A DNA stretch of 64,000 nt, taken from an uncultured delta proteobacterium (lineage in GTDB: Bacteria; Myxococcota_A; UBA9160; UBA4427). The translations under genes were made by a program, and so were the position numbers. The notes beneath the pieces are model-generated. The model saw only the letters and a program-made list of their open reading frames with translations, was not told the origin of the DNA and did no database searches. Below are positions 16,681 to 26,797 of this stretch, in pieces; the stretch's first letter is position 1, and the number at the start of each line of letters is the position of its first letter. Location: contig CAWGJT010000001.1 in NCBI GenBank assembly GCA_963822965.1, forward strand, positions 64,001 through 128,000. Direction: 5' to 3'.

Positions 16681-19248
16681 TCAGATCTGGAATCGTGCCA
16701 CGTCCTCGCGGAGCGCGTTCGCCTGGCGCGTCAACGACTCGACGGCGGCGCTCATGCCCTGGGCGGCCTGCTCGTTGCCGCGGGTGCGGTCGACCACTTC
16801 CTCGAGAAACTCCGCCACCTGCGAGCACGCGCTCGACTGCTCCTGCAGCGAGGCGTTGATCTGTTCGACGGCGTCGCGCACCCCCTCGACGCTCTCCCGG
16901 ATGCGACCGAAGCCGCGCGCCTGCTCCTCGGTCGTGCGTCGCACCTGCTGGGCCACCTCGCTCATGGTGACCGCCGATCGGTACACCGTCTCGTTGCCGC
17001 GATCCTGCTCCGCTCCCGCGGACGCGATCTGCTCGACGCCGGTGCGCACGCGCTCCATCAGATCGACCACGTGGCCCGCCGCCTTCGTCTGCTCCTGCAC
17101 GGCGAGCACGATCTCCCCGATGTGACGACCGCTCTCGCGCGCCTTCTTCGTGATTCCCTCCAGGGAGACGCCGGCCGCCGCCGAGAGCTCGACGCCGCTC
17201 GCGACGCTGCGGGATCCCTCCTCGATGGCGCCCACGGCGTTGGTGCTCTCGCTTTGCACGGATCGGATCAGCGATCCGATCTCCTTGGTGCTCGCGAGGA
17301 CACGATCCGCCAGCTCCTTGATCTCCTCGGCGACGACGCCGAAGGCGCGGCCGTGCTCTCCCGCCTGGGCCGCGATGATCGCTGCGTTCAGCGCCAACAG
17401 ATTCGTCTCGTCGGCGACGTCGTCGATCACGTCGAGGATCGCCCCGATCTCCTTCGTCGAGTCTCCGAGGCCGCGGATCACGCTCTCCGCCGTGTCGGTG
17501 GCGTCGCGAATCGCCTGCATGCCGCCGATGGTCTGGCTCACCTTGCCCTGTCCGCTCTCGGCGCTGTCCACCACCTCGCGGGACAACGCCGCAGTCATCT
17601 CGGCGGTGTTGTCGACGGCGCGCATGGCGCTCGCCATCTCCTCCATGCTCGACGAGGTCTCACTCGCCGCTTCGCCCAGGCCGTCGCCGATGGAGCGCAC
17701 CTGCTTCACGCTGCGGACCATCTCCTCGATCGACGTCGACACCTCGTCGACCTTGCCGGAGAGTACCGAGGCCGTGTCGTTGAGCTCCTCCCCCGCGGCG
17801 CCCAGCTCGAGGATCGAGCTGCTCGACTCCTCGACCGAGACGTTGAGGGCCCGGGCGGAGGCCGCCACCTCGGCAACCTGGCCGTTGATGTTCACCATCA
17901 GCTGCATCGCCTGCTCGATGCGGCCCCCCTGCTCGCTGCTCGCTGCTGCCACGCTCTGGGCGACCTGCGTGATCTCGCCCGCCGCCGCATCGACCCGATC
18001 CGCGGCTTCGGCCACCCGTCCCACCGTGGCCCGCAGGGCGCTGCCCATCCGCTCGAAGGAGCGTCCGAGCTCGCCGAGCTCGTCCTCCGACTCGAAGACG
18101 AGGCCGCGCCGGAGGTCGCCCCGAGCCATGCGCTCGGCAGCCGCGGAGAGCACGTTGGTGGCGCGCTGCAGATCGCTCCACAGGAGCCAGCCGACCCACA
18201 CGGCGATCGCGGCGCACACCACCAGCACCACCGCGAGCAGGATGCGCAGCGACTCGAAGCCCGGCCGCAGGACGTCCTTGGGAATCGAGCTCACGAGCAG
18301 CCGATCGCCGCCCACGTCCTGCCAGCGGACCAGCGTCGCACCGTGGTCCTGCACACCCGAGGTGACGCCGGCGGCGAGCTGGGCCGAGACCTCGTGGGCA
18401 TCGACCCCGGGCATCTCGAGGAAGGCACGGGGGTCGCGAACGACGAACTCCGCGGGGAAGGGCATCAGCTGCTCGGCCCCCAGCGTCTGGCGCAGCAGCA
18501 TGCGATCGAGGGAGGCGTCCTCCTCGCCGAGCGCTTCGGCCAGGGTATCCACCGCCTGCATCTGCCAGCGCGACGCGTAGTCGTCCAGGGCGGCCCCCGC
18601 GCGCGAGTACGAGAGAGCCATGGCGAAGACCAGGGACGTCACGACCGTCCCGGCCACGGCGAGCTGCAGCTTGCGCGCCAGCGACACGGGACGTACCAGG
18701 GAGCGACGCTCTTCCGGGTCCGGCAGCCGGACCGCAATCGCTTCCCGCACCGTGGTCAGCTCGCGCTTGGAGAGGAAGAAGCACGAGATCGCGGAGACCA
18801 CGGCGCCCGAAGTGGCGGCCGCCACGATCACGAAGAGCTGGAAGCCGGCGCCCCAGCTCCCGTGGCCGAGGGCCACCATGCCGCCGGGGATCACCACGGC
18901 GGCACAGAGCCAGATGGCCCCCACCAGACGCTGCATCACGGAGGGAAGCGCGATCACCCCGGCGAAGGCGAGCCGCAGGTCCTGGGGCGCGAGCGTGCCG
19001 TCGTGCTCACCGTCGAGGAAGCGCATCACCGGCTTCTGGGCACGTCGGCGCACGGGCTCGAGGCCGACGCCGGCGAGCACCGCGAAGAGGGCCGTCACGC
19101 CCGCGAAGGCCTGCCACTCGGCGCTGGACACGTCGAGCAGCGCCAGCAGGTAGAGCACGATCAATACCATCGTGCCGATCGGCAGACAGGCGTCCAGCAG
19201 CGCGAGACGGATGCGGAGCTGCCGGGCGGTGGGAAGGGACGCGCTCAT
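16681..19248 (-). CDS. Methyl-accepting chemotaxis protein, long (about 64-heptad) class, paralog of 7586-10147
   Basis: IDDVADETNLLALNAAIIAAQAGEHGRAFGVVAEEI; HAMP; multi-TM N-terminus. Confidence 0.95.
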   Translation of the reverse strand: MSASLPTARQLRIRLALLDACLPIGTMVLIVLYLLALLDVSSAEWQAFAGVTALFAVLAGVGLEPVRRRAQKPVMRFLDGEHDGTLAPQDLRLAFAGVIALPSVMQRLVGAIWLCAAVVIPGGMVALGHGSWGAGFQLFVIVAAATSGAVVSAISCFFLSKRELTTVREAIAVRLPDPEERRSLVRPVSLARKLQLAVAGTVVTSLVFAMALSYSRAGAALDDYASRWQMQAVDTLAEALGEEDASLDRMLLRQTLGAEQLMPFPAEFVVRDPRAFLEMPGVDAHEVSAQLAAGVTSGVQDHGATLVRWQDVGGDRLLVSSIPKDVLRPGFESLRILLAVVLVVCAAIAVWVGWLLWSDLQRATNVLSAAAERMARGDLRRGLVFESEDELGELGRSFERMGSALRATVGRVAEAADRVDAAAGEITQVAQSVAAASSEQGGRIEQAMQLMVNINGQVAEVAASARALNVSVEESSSSILELGAAGEELNDTASVLSGKVDEVSTSIEEMVRSVKQVRSIGDGLGEAASETSSSMEEMASAMRAVDNTAEMTAALSREVVDSAESGQGKVSQTIGGMQAIRDATDTAESVIRGLGDSTKEIGAILDVIDDVADETNLLALNAAIIAAQAGEHGRAFGVVAEEIKELADRVLASTKEIGSLIRSVQSESTNAVGAIEEGSRSVASGVELSAAAGVSLEGITKKARESGRHIGEIVLAVQEQTKAAGHVVDLMERVRTGVEQIASAGAEQDRGNETVYRSAVTMSEVAQQVRRTTEEQARGFGRIRESVEGVRDAVEQINASLQEQSSACSQVAEFLEEVVDRTRGNEQAAQGMSAAVESLTRQANALREDVARFQI

Positions 19249-19766
19249 GACGGGCTCCCCTGGCTTGGAAGTTCGGAGCGATAGACGCTCTCGAGGATGT
19301 GTTCGACCGAAAGCACCAGAACCGGCCGCGCCTGGGGCCGGCGAACGACCGCGCGCACGGCTTCGTAGCCCGCCTGGGTGGCGAGATTGGGGGGATCCTC
19401 GAGCCCGACGGCGTCGAGGGAGAGGACGTCCTCGGCCTGCTCGACCAGCAGCCCGAAGACCAGCTCGTCCACGTCGAGCACGGCGATCCGCGCCTTGCCG
19501 CCGATCTCGCACGGCTCGCCTCCGAGCGCGCGAGAGAGATCGATCACGGGCACGACGCCGTCGCGCAGCTCGACCACGCCCTCGATCAGCGCGGGGGACA
19601 TGGGCAACGGCGTAATTTCCTGGGTGCGCACGATCTCGCGGACGTGCGCCACGTCGATGGCGTACACGCGCCCCTTCACCTCGAAGCAGGCGAGGTTGAC
19701 GAGGTTCGCTCCCGAGACCCCCACGGTCCCGGCCGAGCCGGTGGATTCGCGGTCAGACGTCTGCAC
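19245..19766 (-). CDS. cheW: Chemotaxis adaptor CheW
   Basis: YAIDVAHVREI...IEGVVELRDGVVPVIDL...FGLLVE. Confidence 0.92.
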   Translation of the reverse strand: MQTSDRESTGSAGTVGVSGANLVNLACFEVKGRVYAIDVAHVREIVRTQEITPLPMSPALIEGVVELRDGVVPVIDLSRALGGEPCEIGGKARIAVLDVDELVFGLLVEQAEDVLSLDAVGLEDPPNLATQAGYEAVRAVVRRPQARPVLVLSVEHILESVYRSELPSQGSPS

Positions 19767-20280
19767 GAAGCTCCAATACCCGGTCGAGGTCGAGGATCGA
19801 GACGAATTCCTGCTCGGACAGGAAGAGCTCCGACACGGCGTCTCCCTCCCCTCCCGTCGCGGGCCGGAGATCGTCCTCCGGCACGCGTACGACTTCCCGC
19901 ACGGCGTCGACGAGGACCCCCGTCACCCGGTCGTCGTCGCCGTGCAGCACGATGATCCGCGTGCGCCGCCCGATCTCCGGGGTCGTCAGCCCGAGACACA
20001 TGCGGAGGTCCACCACCTGGACGACCTCGCCGCGCAGCGCGATCACGCCACGCACCTGCGCGGGCACCCGGGGAACCGGCGTCATGGGGCGCATCCGCAC
20101 GATCTCGCGAACCCGCTCCACCGGAATCGCATAGGGCGAGTCCCCCAGCAGGAAGACGAGCAGCTCCAGCAGGACGACCGGCGCCTCGGCGTCCCGTCCG
20201 CCCGAAGCCGACCGCGCCAGGGCTTCCCAGCTCTCGCGCCCGGCGGTCCCGGTGCCGTTCGAGGTCTCGGGCTCGCTCAT
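19753..20280 (-). CDS. cheW: Chemotaxis adaptor CheW
   Basis: YAIPVERVREI...TPVPRVP...RGVIALRGEVVQVVDL...GVLVDAV. Confidence 0.93.
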   Translation of the reverse strand: MSEPETSNGTGTAGRESWEALARSASGGRDAEAPVVLLELLVFLLGDSPYAIPVERVREIVRMRPMTPVPRVPAQVRGVIALRGEVVQVVDLRMCLGLTTPEIGRRTRIIVLHGDDDRVTGVLVDAVREVVRVPEDDLRPATGGEGDAVSELFLSEQEFVSILDLDRVLELRADV

Positions 20281-22352
20281 GCGTCCCTCCGCCGGACCGC
20301 ATCGTCGACGATCGAGGCGACGTCGATCACGAGGATGGCCCCGCCCTCGCCCTGCTCCGTCGCCCCGGCGATGCCGCGCACCTGCTGGATCGGCCCCTTG
20401 ATCGGCTTGATGACCGTGTCCTGCTGGCCCTCGAGGGTGTCGACCAGCAGGCCCATGCGGCGGTCGCCCAGGCCGAGCACCACCACGAAGCTCTTGGCGT
20501 CCTCGCTCGCTCCCGCCAGCTCGAACTCGTCGGCCAGGCGTCGCAGCGGCAGGGCCTCTCCGCGCAGGTTGAGCAGCTCGCGGTTCTCGCTTCGCTGGAT
20601 CGCGTCCACGTCGACGTTGAGGGTCTCGAGGACCGAGTTGAGGGGAATCGCGAAGCGCTGGTCCGCCACCCCCACGATCAGGGCCTGGATGATGGCCAGG
20701 GTGATGGGCAGGGTCATCGTCACGCAGGTCCCGCGCGAGAGGTCCGTGGACAGCTCCACCATGCCGCCCAACGCGCCCAGGTTGGTGCGCACCACGTCCA
20801 TGCCCACCCCGCGACCGCTCGTCTCCGTCACGGCCTCCCGGGTGGAGAAGCCGGGCTCGAACACCAGCTCCAGAACCTCCTTGTCGCTCAGGGCGGCGTC
20901 CGGCTGGATGAGTCCCCGGGATTCCGCGATTGCGCGCACCTTGGCGACGTCGATCCCGCGCCCGTCGTCGCGCACCTCGATGAGCACGTGATTGCCGCGC
21001 TGGTGGGCGCTGATGAAGATCCGACCGTGCCCCGGCTTGCCCGCCGCGCGCCGCTCGGCCTCCGACTCGATGGCATGGTCGAAGGCGTTGCGGACCACGT
21101 GCATCAACGGGTCCACCAGCTGCTCGACGATCAGCTTGTCCAGCTCGGTGTCGGCGCCGCTGAACTCGAGCGTCACCTCCTTGCCGAGCTCGCGCCGCAG
21201 GCGCCGCACCACGCGCGAGAGCTTCTCGAAGACCTGCCGCAGCGGCACCATGCGCACGTCGAGCACGCCCGTCTGCAGCTCCTTCAGCTTGCGCTCGAAG
21301 AGCTTGTGGACGCGTCCCAGCTCCTCGCCCAGGCGCGAGGTCGCGACGTCTCGCGCGAGGCGGTTGGCGATGTGCTCGAGCTGCGTGCGATGGATCGCCA
21401 GCTCGCCGACCAGGTTCATCAGCTCGTCGAGCTTGCGGATGTCGACGCGAACGGTGTCGCTGATCGAGCGAAGCGAGTCGAAGCCCGCCGTCTCCGGCGC
21501 CGCAGGGACCTCGTCGGCCACCTCCGGCTCCTGCTGGAGGATCGGGGCGGCCAGCTCCACCGGCGCGTCGGGGTCGGGCCCCGCCACCCGGCGAATGCTC
21601 GTGTCGGAGAAGTCGAGGCGGTTCGAGATCTCGTCGAGGGACAACCCCGAGGCGACGAGCAGCGAGAAGCGGATCTGCGACTCCGGCGCCTCACCCGGGG
21701 AAGGCAGCGTCGAGACCAGCTCGCCGGCCTCCTTGATGGCGCCCGACAGCTCCGCGAGCCCCTCCTCGAAGGACAGGATCTCGAAGCTCGTATCGACGAG
21801 GAACAGCTGTCGACCCCGGCGCAGGTTCTCGCGCAGGCGGTGCTCCTCGTACTCGGTGAGGGCACGCAGCAGCGAGGGGTCCAGGTCGAGCCCCACCAGC
21901 TCGTCCGCCGGCGCGGGCGCCTGGTGGACGGCCTCGTCGATGCGACGGATCAGGTCCTCGATGGGGCCGGTGCTGGCGGCGTCGAAGTCGTCGGACCCGA
22001 CCCGGTCGAGCATCGAGGCGAAGAGCGCAACCGCTTCCTCGAGCAGGGACACGGCGGGCGACTCGGGGGCGATGCGGCCGAGCCGCAGCCCGTCCAACAC
22101 GTCCTCGAGGTGATGGGCGAGGTTCGAGAGGCCCTCCAGGCCGAACATGCCCGACAGGCCCTTGAGCGAGTGCGCCGCGCGAAAGATGCCGTTGATGAGA
22201 TCGGGATCGATCTCGCCGTCCTGCTCGAGCCGTCCCCGCTGATCCATGAGATCGGCGAGCCCCTCGCGCATGCCCTCGATCGTCTCCTCGGCTTCCGAGA
22301 CGAACTCGCGCTGCGCCTTGCTCTTCTTCGTCTTGCTGCGTCGTGCGGCCAC
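20277..22352 (-). CDS. cheA: Chemotaxis histidine kinase CheA
   Basis: FRAAHSLKG Hpt; VRVDIRKLDELMNLVGEL; HVVRNAFDHAIE; DDGRGID; SGRGVGMDVV; C-terminal CheW domain. Confidence 0.97.
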   Translation of the reverse strand: MAARRSKTKKSKAQREFVSEAEETIEGMREGLADLMDQRGRLEQDGEIDPDLINGIFRAAHSLKGLSGMFGLEGLSNLAHHLEDVLDGLRLGRIAPESPAVSLLEEAVALFASMLDRVGSDDFDAASTGPIEDLIRRIDEAVHQAPAPADELVGLDLDPSLLRALTEYEEHRLRENLRRGRQLFLVDTSFEILSFEEGLAELSGAIKEAGELVSTLPSPGEAPESQIRFSLLVASGLSLDEISNRLDFSDTSIRRVAGPDPDAPVELAAPILQQEPEVADEVPAAPETAGFDSLRSISDTVRVDIRKLDELMNLVGELAIHRTQLEHIANRLARDVATSRLGEELGRVHKLFERKLKELQTGVLDVRMVPLRQVFEKLSRVVRRLRRELGKEVTLEFSGADTELDKLIVEQLVDPLMHVVRNAFDHAIESEAERRAAGKPGHGRIFISAHQRGNHVLIEVRDDGRGIDVAKVRAIAESRGLIQPDAALSDKEVLELVFEPGFSTREAVTETSGRGVGMDVVRTNLGALGGMVELSTDLSRGTCVTMTLPITLAIIQALIVGVADQRFAIPLNSVLETLNVDVDAIQRSENRELLNLRGEALPLRRLADEFELAGASEDAKSFVVVLGLGDRRMGLLVDTLEGQQDTVIKPIKGPIQQVRGIAGATEQGEGGAILVIDVASIVDDAVRRRDA

Positions 22353-22364
22353 GACTTCGGGCTC

Positions 22365-22742
22365 CTAGCGGGACCGGGCGAGCAGGCCGGTGACGACCTC
22401 TCGCAACGCGCCCGGATCGAAGGGCTTGACGAGATACGCGTCGGCGCCGAGCTCGAGCCCCTTGTCTCGATCACGATCGGAGCCCTCGGTGGACACGATC
22501 ACCACGGGCATCGACCGGAAGCGTTCGTTGTTGCGAACGAAGGACAGCAGCTCAAGGCCGTTGATGTCCGGCATGTTGATGTCGGTCACCACCAGGTCGA
22601 AGTCCTCGCGCGGCAGAACGCGAAGCGCCTCGAAGCCGCTCGCCGCCTCGGAGATCTTGACCGGCACGTCGAGCTCCTCGAGGGACGACGCGAGGAGCGA
22701 TCGCATCGTCTCGGAATCTTCCACGATGAGAATTCGCTGCAC
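22365..22742 (-). CDS. cheY: CheY-like single-domain response regulator
   Basis: ILIVEDS...VTDINMPDING...VSTEG...YLVKPF. Confidence 0.9.
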   Translation of the reverse strand: MQRILIVEDSETMRSLLASSLEELDVPVKISEAASGFEALRVLPREDFDLVVTDINMPDINGLELLSFVRNNERFRSMPVVIVSTEGSDRDRDKGLELGADAYLVKPFDPGALREVVTGLLARSR

Positions 22743-22965
22743 TGGTCTCCCCTGCGCGAGATTCGCGCTGTTCGAATCGCAGGACGTATCGGTCGCCGGG
22801 GGCGATTCTTGAGGCGAGGGAAGGACTTTGACCCCACCGGCGCGCCCCTTCTTCACCCGGGGGCGGGGGCCCGAGAGACGCCCGGGAGGGGGGGCACGAA
22901 CGGCTCGGGGAGTCTCCGGATGCGGCTCGAGGCGGCGCGCGCGGCCTTCGACCGACGCGGGCGCC

Positions 22966-24900
22966 TCAGGCGGGGTCCGCCTCGGCCTGGGCCAGCGCGC
23001 GCTCGAGCATGGCCCGCTCGAGCGCCAGACCGGCGTGCTGCAGGACGACCTCGAGGGCCTCGGTATCACCCAGGGGCGTGTGGTCGGGCAGGTTGTCGGC
23101 GTAGAGCAGCGCCACGACCTGGCCCCCGCTCTCGATGGGGGCCAGGTAGATCTCCCGGGCGGCCGCGTTGCCCAGCAGCGCAGACAGCGTGTAGTCCCCC
23201 CCGTCCGTGGGGCCGCCGCGCACGGGACGACGCGTTTCGAGCACGGTGCGGACCCAGGACGAGCTGCGACCGCTCAGCTCCACCTGACGCAGGCCGGAAT
23301 CGTCGGGCCCGCCGGCGCGCGTGAGGCCCTGCTGCGCCATGCCGGCGACCGTGTCTCCCCGCACCATGAACATCGCGACCCGGTTGAAGATCTCGGAGGC
23401 GAACTGGATCGCGAGCGGCAGCACTTCGCCGCGGTTCGAGGCGTCGGCCAGCGCCTGGGTCGCGTGCTTGAGGCGCCGCAGCGATTCGGGAGAGCCCGTC
23501 GGACGCGGGCCGGGCGCCGGCGCGCTGGACTCCACCTCCCGGGCCAGCACGGCAGCCAGCTCCTGCCGCAGTCCCGCGGCCAGCTGCTGCACGTGGGCGG
23601 CCCAGCGGGGGCTCCGCAGCTGCTGGGAGCTCGGTCGGGTCAGCACGCCGTCCGCGGCCGCCAGGTCCGTCGGACGCGGCCCTTCGTCCTCGCACAGCCA
23701 CAGGATGGGGAGCCGCGGCTGCTGGGCCTTGAGGCGGGAGACGAAATCCTGGCCGTTGCGGATGCCGCTCAGGGGATCGCCCGCGGCGTCGGGACGCAGC
23801 AGCACCACCGGCCGCGTGGCGCGCGCGAGGTACTGGCGGATGGGATTCAGCCCGAGGTCCCAGCGCTGGAAGATGTGGATCCGCGGGAAGGCGTCCTTGA
23901 GGGTCTGCTTCATCCACTCGAGGGCCGCGAGATCCGGATCGATCACCACCAGCGGCGCGTTGGGAAGAGAGGGCGCCACCGCTTGCGCGGGTGCGGTCGC
24001 CGCCTCGGGAGCGTTCGCCTGGGCGGGAACGGCCGCCGGCGGCGCGGTGATCTCGTCCGACGACTCCACGGGCAGGGCGGTGGCGAAGGGCTCGGCGTCC
24101 ACGGGCTCGCCGATCGCGTACGGCTCGTCGTCCGAAGCGATCTCCGTCTCTGCCGTCTCGAGCTCCTCCTCGGGCACGTCGCCGAGCCGCTCGGCGACCG
24201 CCAGGCCCAGCGCTTCGACCCCCGAGAGCGGCTCGCCGTCCACCAGGGTGTCTTCGTCGGGATCGTGCTCAACCGGCCGCGGATCGCCGAAGCCCGGCCC
24301 GCTCGCCAGGGCGTCCCCGACGTCGACGCCGAACATCTCGGCTGCGGACATCTCGGGCGCCTCGCCCGGCAGCTCACCCCCGGCCTCCCCGCGCCACTCC
24401 GCCTGGGTGTGCGCGGACTCGTCCTCGATGCGCGACCCCTCCATGGCGAGGTACTGGGCGTTGATGCCCATGGGCAGGAAGAGCGGCGGATCGTGCGCGT
24501 CCGTTTCGCTGCGGACGTCGAAGCTGAACTCGCCCGATCGCCACGCGAACATCGACATCACGGCCGCTTCGACACACTCGCGCCGCAGGGAGTCGATGCG
24601 CTCGGCGGTCATCGACGTGTGGGCGGAGAGCGCCTCCTCGACGGTGGTGCCCTCGCGGCGCGCACGCTCGCACGCTGCATCGAACTCCTCCGCGGCGAGG
24701 AAGCGCCCGTCGACCAGCACACCGCGCAGATCCACCGGCCCGCCCTTGAGGAAGGCGCCGCGGACGAGCCCGTCCCGCAGGACGATGCTTCCCTCGCCGT
24801 CCTCGCCGCGAATCGTCAGCACCCCCGATTTCTGCGAGAGGCTGATGATCTGCAGGATGTCCCCGAGTCCCAGGTCCTCGAGGCTGCCGATGAGACTCAT
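22966..24900 (-). CDS. DUF4388 domain protein with acidic linker, degenerate receiver-like region and C-terminal GAF-like domain
   Basis: MSLIGSLEDLGLGDILQIISLSQKSGVL; WRSGEFSF; C-terminal APIESGGQVVALLYADN...QHAGLALERA. Confidence 0.8.
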   Translation of the reverse strand: MSLIGSLEDLGLGDILQIISLSQKSGVLTIRGEDGEGSIVLRDGLVRGAFLKGGPVDLRGVLVDGRFLAAEEFDAACERARREGTTVEEALSAHTSMTAERIDSLRRECVEAAVMSMFAWRSGEFSFDVRSETDAHDPPLFLPMGINAQYLAMEGSRIEDESAHTQAEWRGEAGGELPGEAPEMSAAEMFGVDVGDALASGPGFGDPRPVEHDPDEDTLVDGEPLSGVEALGLAVAERLGDVPEEELETAETEIASDDEPYAIGEPVDAEPFATALPVESSDEITAPPAAVPAQANAPEAATAPAQAVAPSLPNAPLVVIDPDLAALEWMKQTLKDAFPRIHIFQRWDLGLNPIRQYLARATRPVVLLRPDAAGDPLSGIRNGQDFVSRLKAQQPRLPILWLCEDEGPRPTDLAAADGVLTRPSSQQLRSPRWAAHVQQLAAGLRQELAAVLAREVESSAPAPGPRPTGSPESLRRLKHATQALADASNRGEVLPLAIQFASEIFNRVAMFMVRGDTVAGMAQQGLTRAGGPDDSGLRQVELSGRSSSWVRTVLETRRPVRGGPTDGGDYTLSALLGNAAAREIYLAPIESGGQVVALLYADNLPDHTPLGDTEALEVVLQHAGLALERAMLERALAQAEADPA

Positions 24901-25083
24901 TCCACTCCCTGCCGGATGGACGCCCTGCCCGGCGGTCTCCCCACGAGACCACGACCCGAAACGCGGACGCGAGCCGGGCGCTGCATCCGGCGGAAACGCC
25001 GCGCACACGAACAGAATCGGGCCGAAGGTGGAGCGACTTGAACCCGAGATGCACGGGAAGGACCGGGCGGCCCGGTTCCGGGG

Positions 25084-25704
25084 TCAGGAAGTGGTGCGCG
25101 GAGCGGCCCCGATCCCTGCGGGGACCGAGCGCTTGGCCCGGCTCGGGGCGGCCGCCCCGACTCCGAGCCAGCGGACCTCGTCGGCCGAGTCCGCTGCAAC
25201 CGCCTTCTCCAGGGACACGAGGGCCTCCCGGGCCTCGGAGGCCGGCATGGCGACGGTGAGCCGCAGCCGCCCCTCCCCCTGGCGCGCTGCCTCGATGGCG
25301 CCGCGGACGAAGCCGCTGGCCTGGCGCGAGAAGGCCTCGGGGCCTCCCAGGGGCGGGGCGATCACGACGGTCTCCGCGGCCAGCAGGAGGCCTCGGGCGA
25401 TCGCGGCGTGGCTGGTGTCCCGGGCCCGTCCCACCCGGAAGCTCGCGCGACGGCCGACGCCCAGCAGCAGCACGCAGCGGGCCCCCAGGCGGCCCATGGA
25501 GGGCACGAGCGCCGCCTCGCCCATCCGCCCGCGCAGCCGGCCGGTCTCCACGAGGTCCGAGACCGCACCGCAGAGCCGCCAGTCGGCCCGTCCGGCGGCG
25601 CCCCGCAACGGACGCTCGTCGAGGAAGACGCCGGCCACGCCGAGGTCGGCCTCGATGCGCTCGAACGGCGCGGTGGCCACGCACAGCTCGATGAACGCGC
25701 TCAC
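25084..25704 (-). CDS. Stand-alone M17 (leucyl aminopeptidase) N-terminal-like domain protein
   Basis: FLDERPLRGAAGRADWRLCGAVSDL...GEAALVP...LLLGVG; no catalytic domain; start overlaps the nusB stop. Confidence 0.65.
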   Translation of the reverse strand: MSAFIELCVATAPFERIEADLGVAGVFLDERPLRGAAGRADWRLCGAVSDLVETGRLRGRMGEAALVPSMGRLGARCVLLLGVGRRASFRVGRARDTSHAAIARGLLLAAETVVIAPPLGGPEAFSRQASGFVRGAIEAARQGEGRLRLTVAMPASEAREALVSLEKAVAADSADEVRWLGVGAAAPSRAKRSVPAGIGAAPRTTS

Positions 25705-26303
25705 GGGCCGTCTCCCGCGGCGGAGCGGGTCCCGTCGTCCGGGCGCAGCAGCACGGCCAGTGCATCGAGGATCCCGTTCACGAAGGCCGGCGAGGCGTCG
25801 CTCCCGTAGCGCCGCGCCAGCTCGACCGCCTCGTCGAGGATCACCGGGATGGGCGTCGTCGTGTAGCCGAGCTCCCAGGTTCCGAGTCGCAGGATGTTCC
25901 GATCGACGGCCGCCATGCGCGAGACGCGCCAGTTGCGCGCGCGCGAGGCGATGTGCAGGTCGATGGCTTCACAGCTCGCGCAGACCTGCGAGACCATCTC
26001 CCACGCCAGCTCCCGGGCCCCCGGCGGCGCCTCGAAGTGCGCGGCGATGCCGTCGAAGACGACGCGCGCGCGATCGGCGGAGACCTCGGGACAGGTCGGC
26101 TCGGCGGGCATGCCCCGCTGCGCGACCTCGCGCTCCGCCGCCACGAGGGTCCGCTCCACCTCCCGGGGCGTCGCGTCCAGGGGAACGCTGAGGAGCGGAA
26201 GCTCGGATCGGGCCGGACGACGAAGCCCCAGGTCGACGGCGTAGAGCACCTGGAGCGCGAGCTCGCGGGCGCGGTGACGTGAGCTGCTCCCCCGGCTCTT
26301 CAC
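25701..26303 (-). CDS. nusB: Transcription antitermination factor NusB
   Basis: RHRARELALQVLY; NWRVSRMAAVDRNILRLG; ILDEAVELARRYG...FVNGILD; follows ribH. Confidence 0.93.
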   Translation of the reverse strand: MKSRGSSSRHRARELALQVLYAVDLGLRRPARSELPLLSVPLDATPREVERTLVAAEREVAQRGMPAEPTCPEVSADRARVVFDGIAAHFEAPPGARELAWEMVSQVCASCEAIDLHIASRARNWRVSRMAAVDRNILRLGTWELGYTTTPIPVILDEAVELARRYGSDASPAFVNGILDALAVLLRPDDGTRSAAGDGP

Positions 26304-26797
26304 GACCCGACCTCGCGTGCGGGCTCCGCCTCGGGGACGAGGTGGGACCGCAGCCGCGCCATCTCGATCGCCGCCAGCGCGACGTCGCTTCCCTTGTTGC
26401 CTTCCTCGCCGCCGGCGCGTTCGAAGGCCTGGTCCACCGTGTTGGTGGTGAGGACGCCGAACGCGACCGGCACGCCGGTATCGCGCATGACCTCTCGCAC
26501 GCCGTCGGTCAGGCCGTGGCACACGAAGTCGAAGTGGGGGGTGCCTCCGCGGATGACCGCGCCGAGGGTCGCGATGGCCGCATAGCGTCCGGTGCCGGCG
26601 AGCAGGCGCGCGGTCTGCGGGATCTCGAAGGCGCCAGGCACCCAGAAAACGTCCACGTCCTCGGGTGCCGCACCCCGCGCCTCGAGCTCGTCCACGCACG
26701 CCTCGAGCAGTCGCACGCTCACCAGGTGGTTGAAGCGGGCCACCACCACCGCGAAGCGGAGCCCGGAGGCCTCGAGGTTGCTCGGATGGATGTTCAC
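26300..26797 (-). CDS. ribH: 6,7-dimethyl-8-ribityllumazine synthase
   Basis: VARFN, VPGAFEIP, VIRGGTPHFDFV, FGVLTT, GNKG. Confidence 0.96.
   Translation of the reverse strand: MNIHPSNLEASGLRFAVVVARFNHLVSVRLLEACVDELEARGAAPEDVDVFWVPGAFEIPQTARLLAGTGRYAAIATLGAVIRGGTPHFDFVCHGLTDGVREVMRDTGVPVAFGVLTTNTVDQAFERAGGEEGNKGSDVALAAIEMARLRSHLVPEAEPAREVGS

Noticed and set aside
7760..26191. Very long plus-strand ORFs (for example 8016-11825, 15706-19284, 23321-26191)
   Set aside because: Antisense shadows of well-supported minus-strand genes, expected at this GC content; no recognisable motifs
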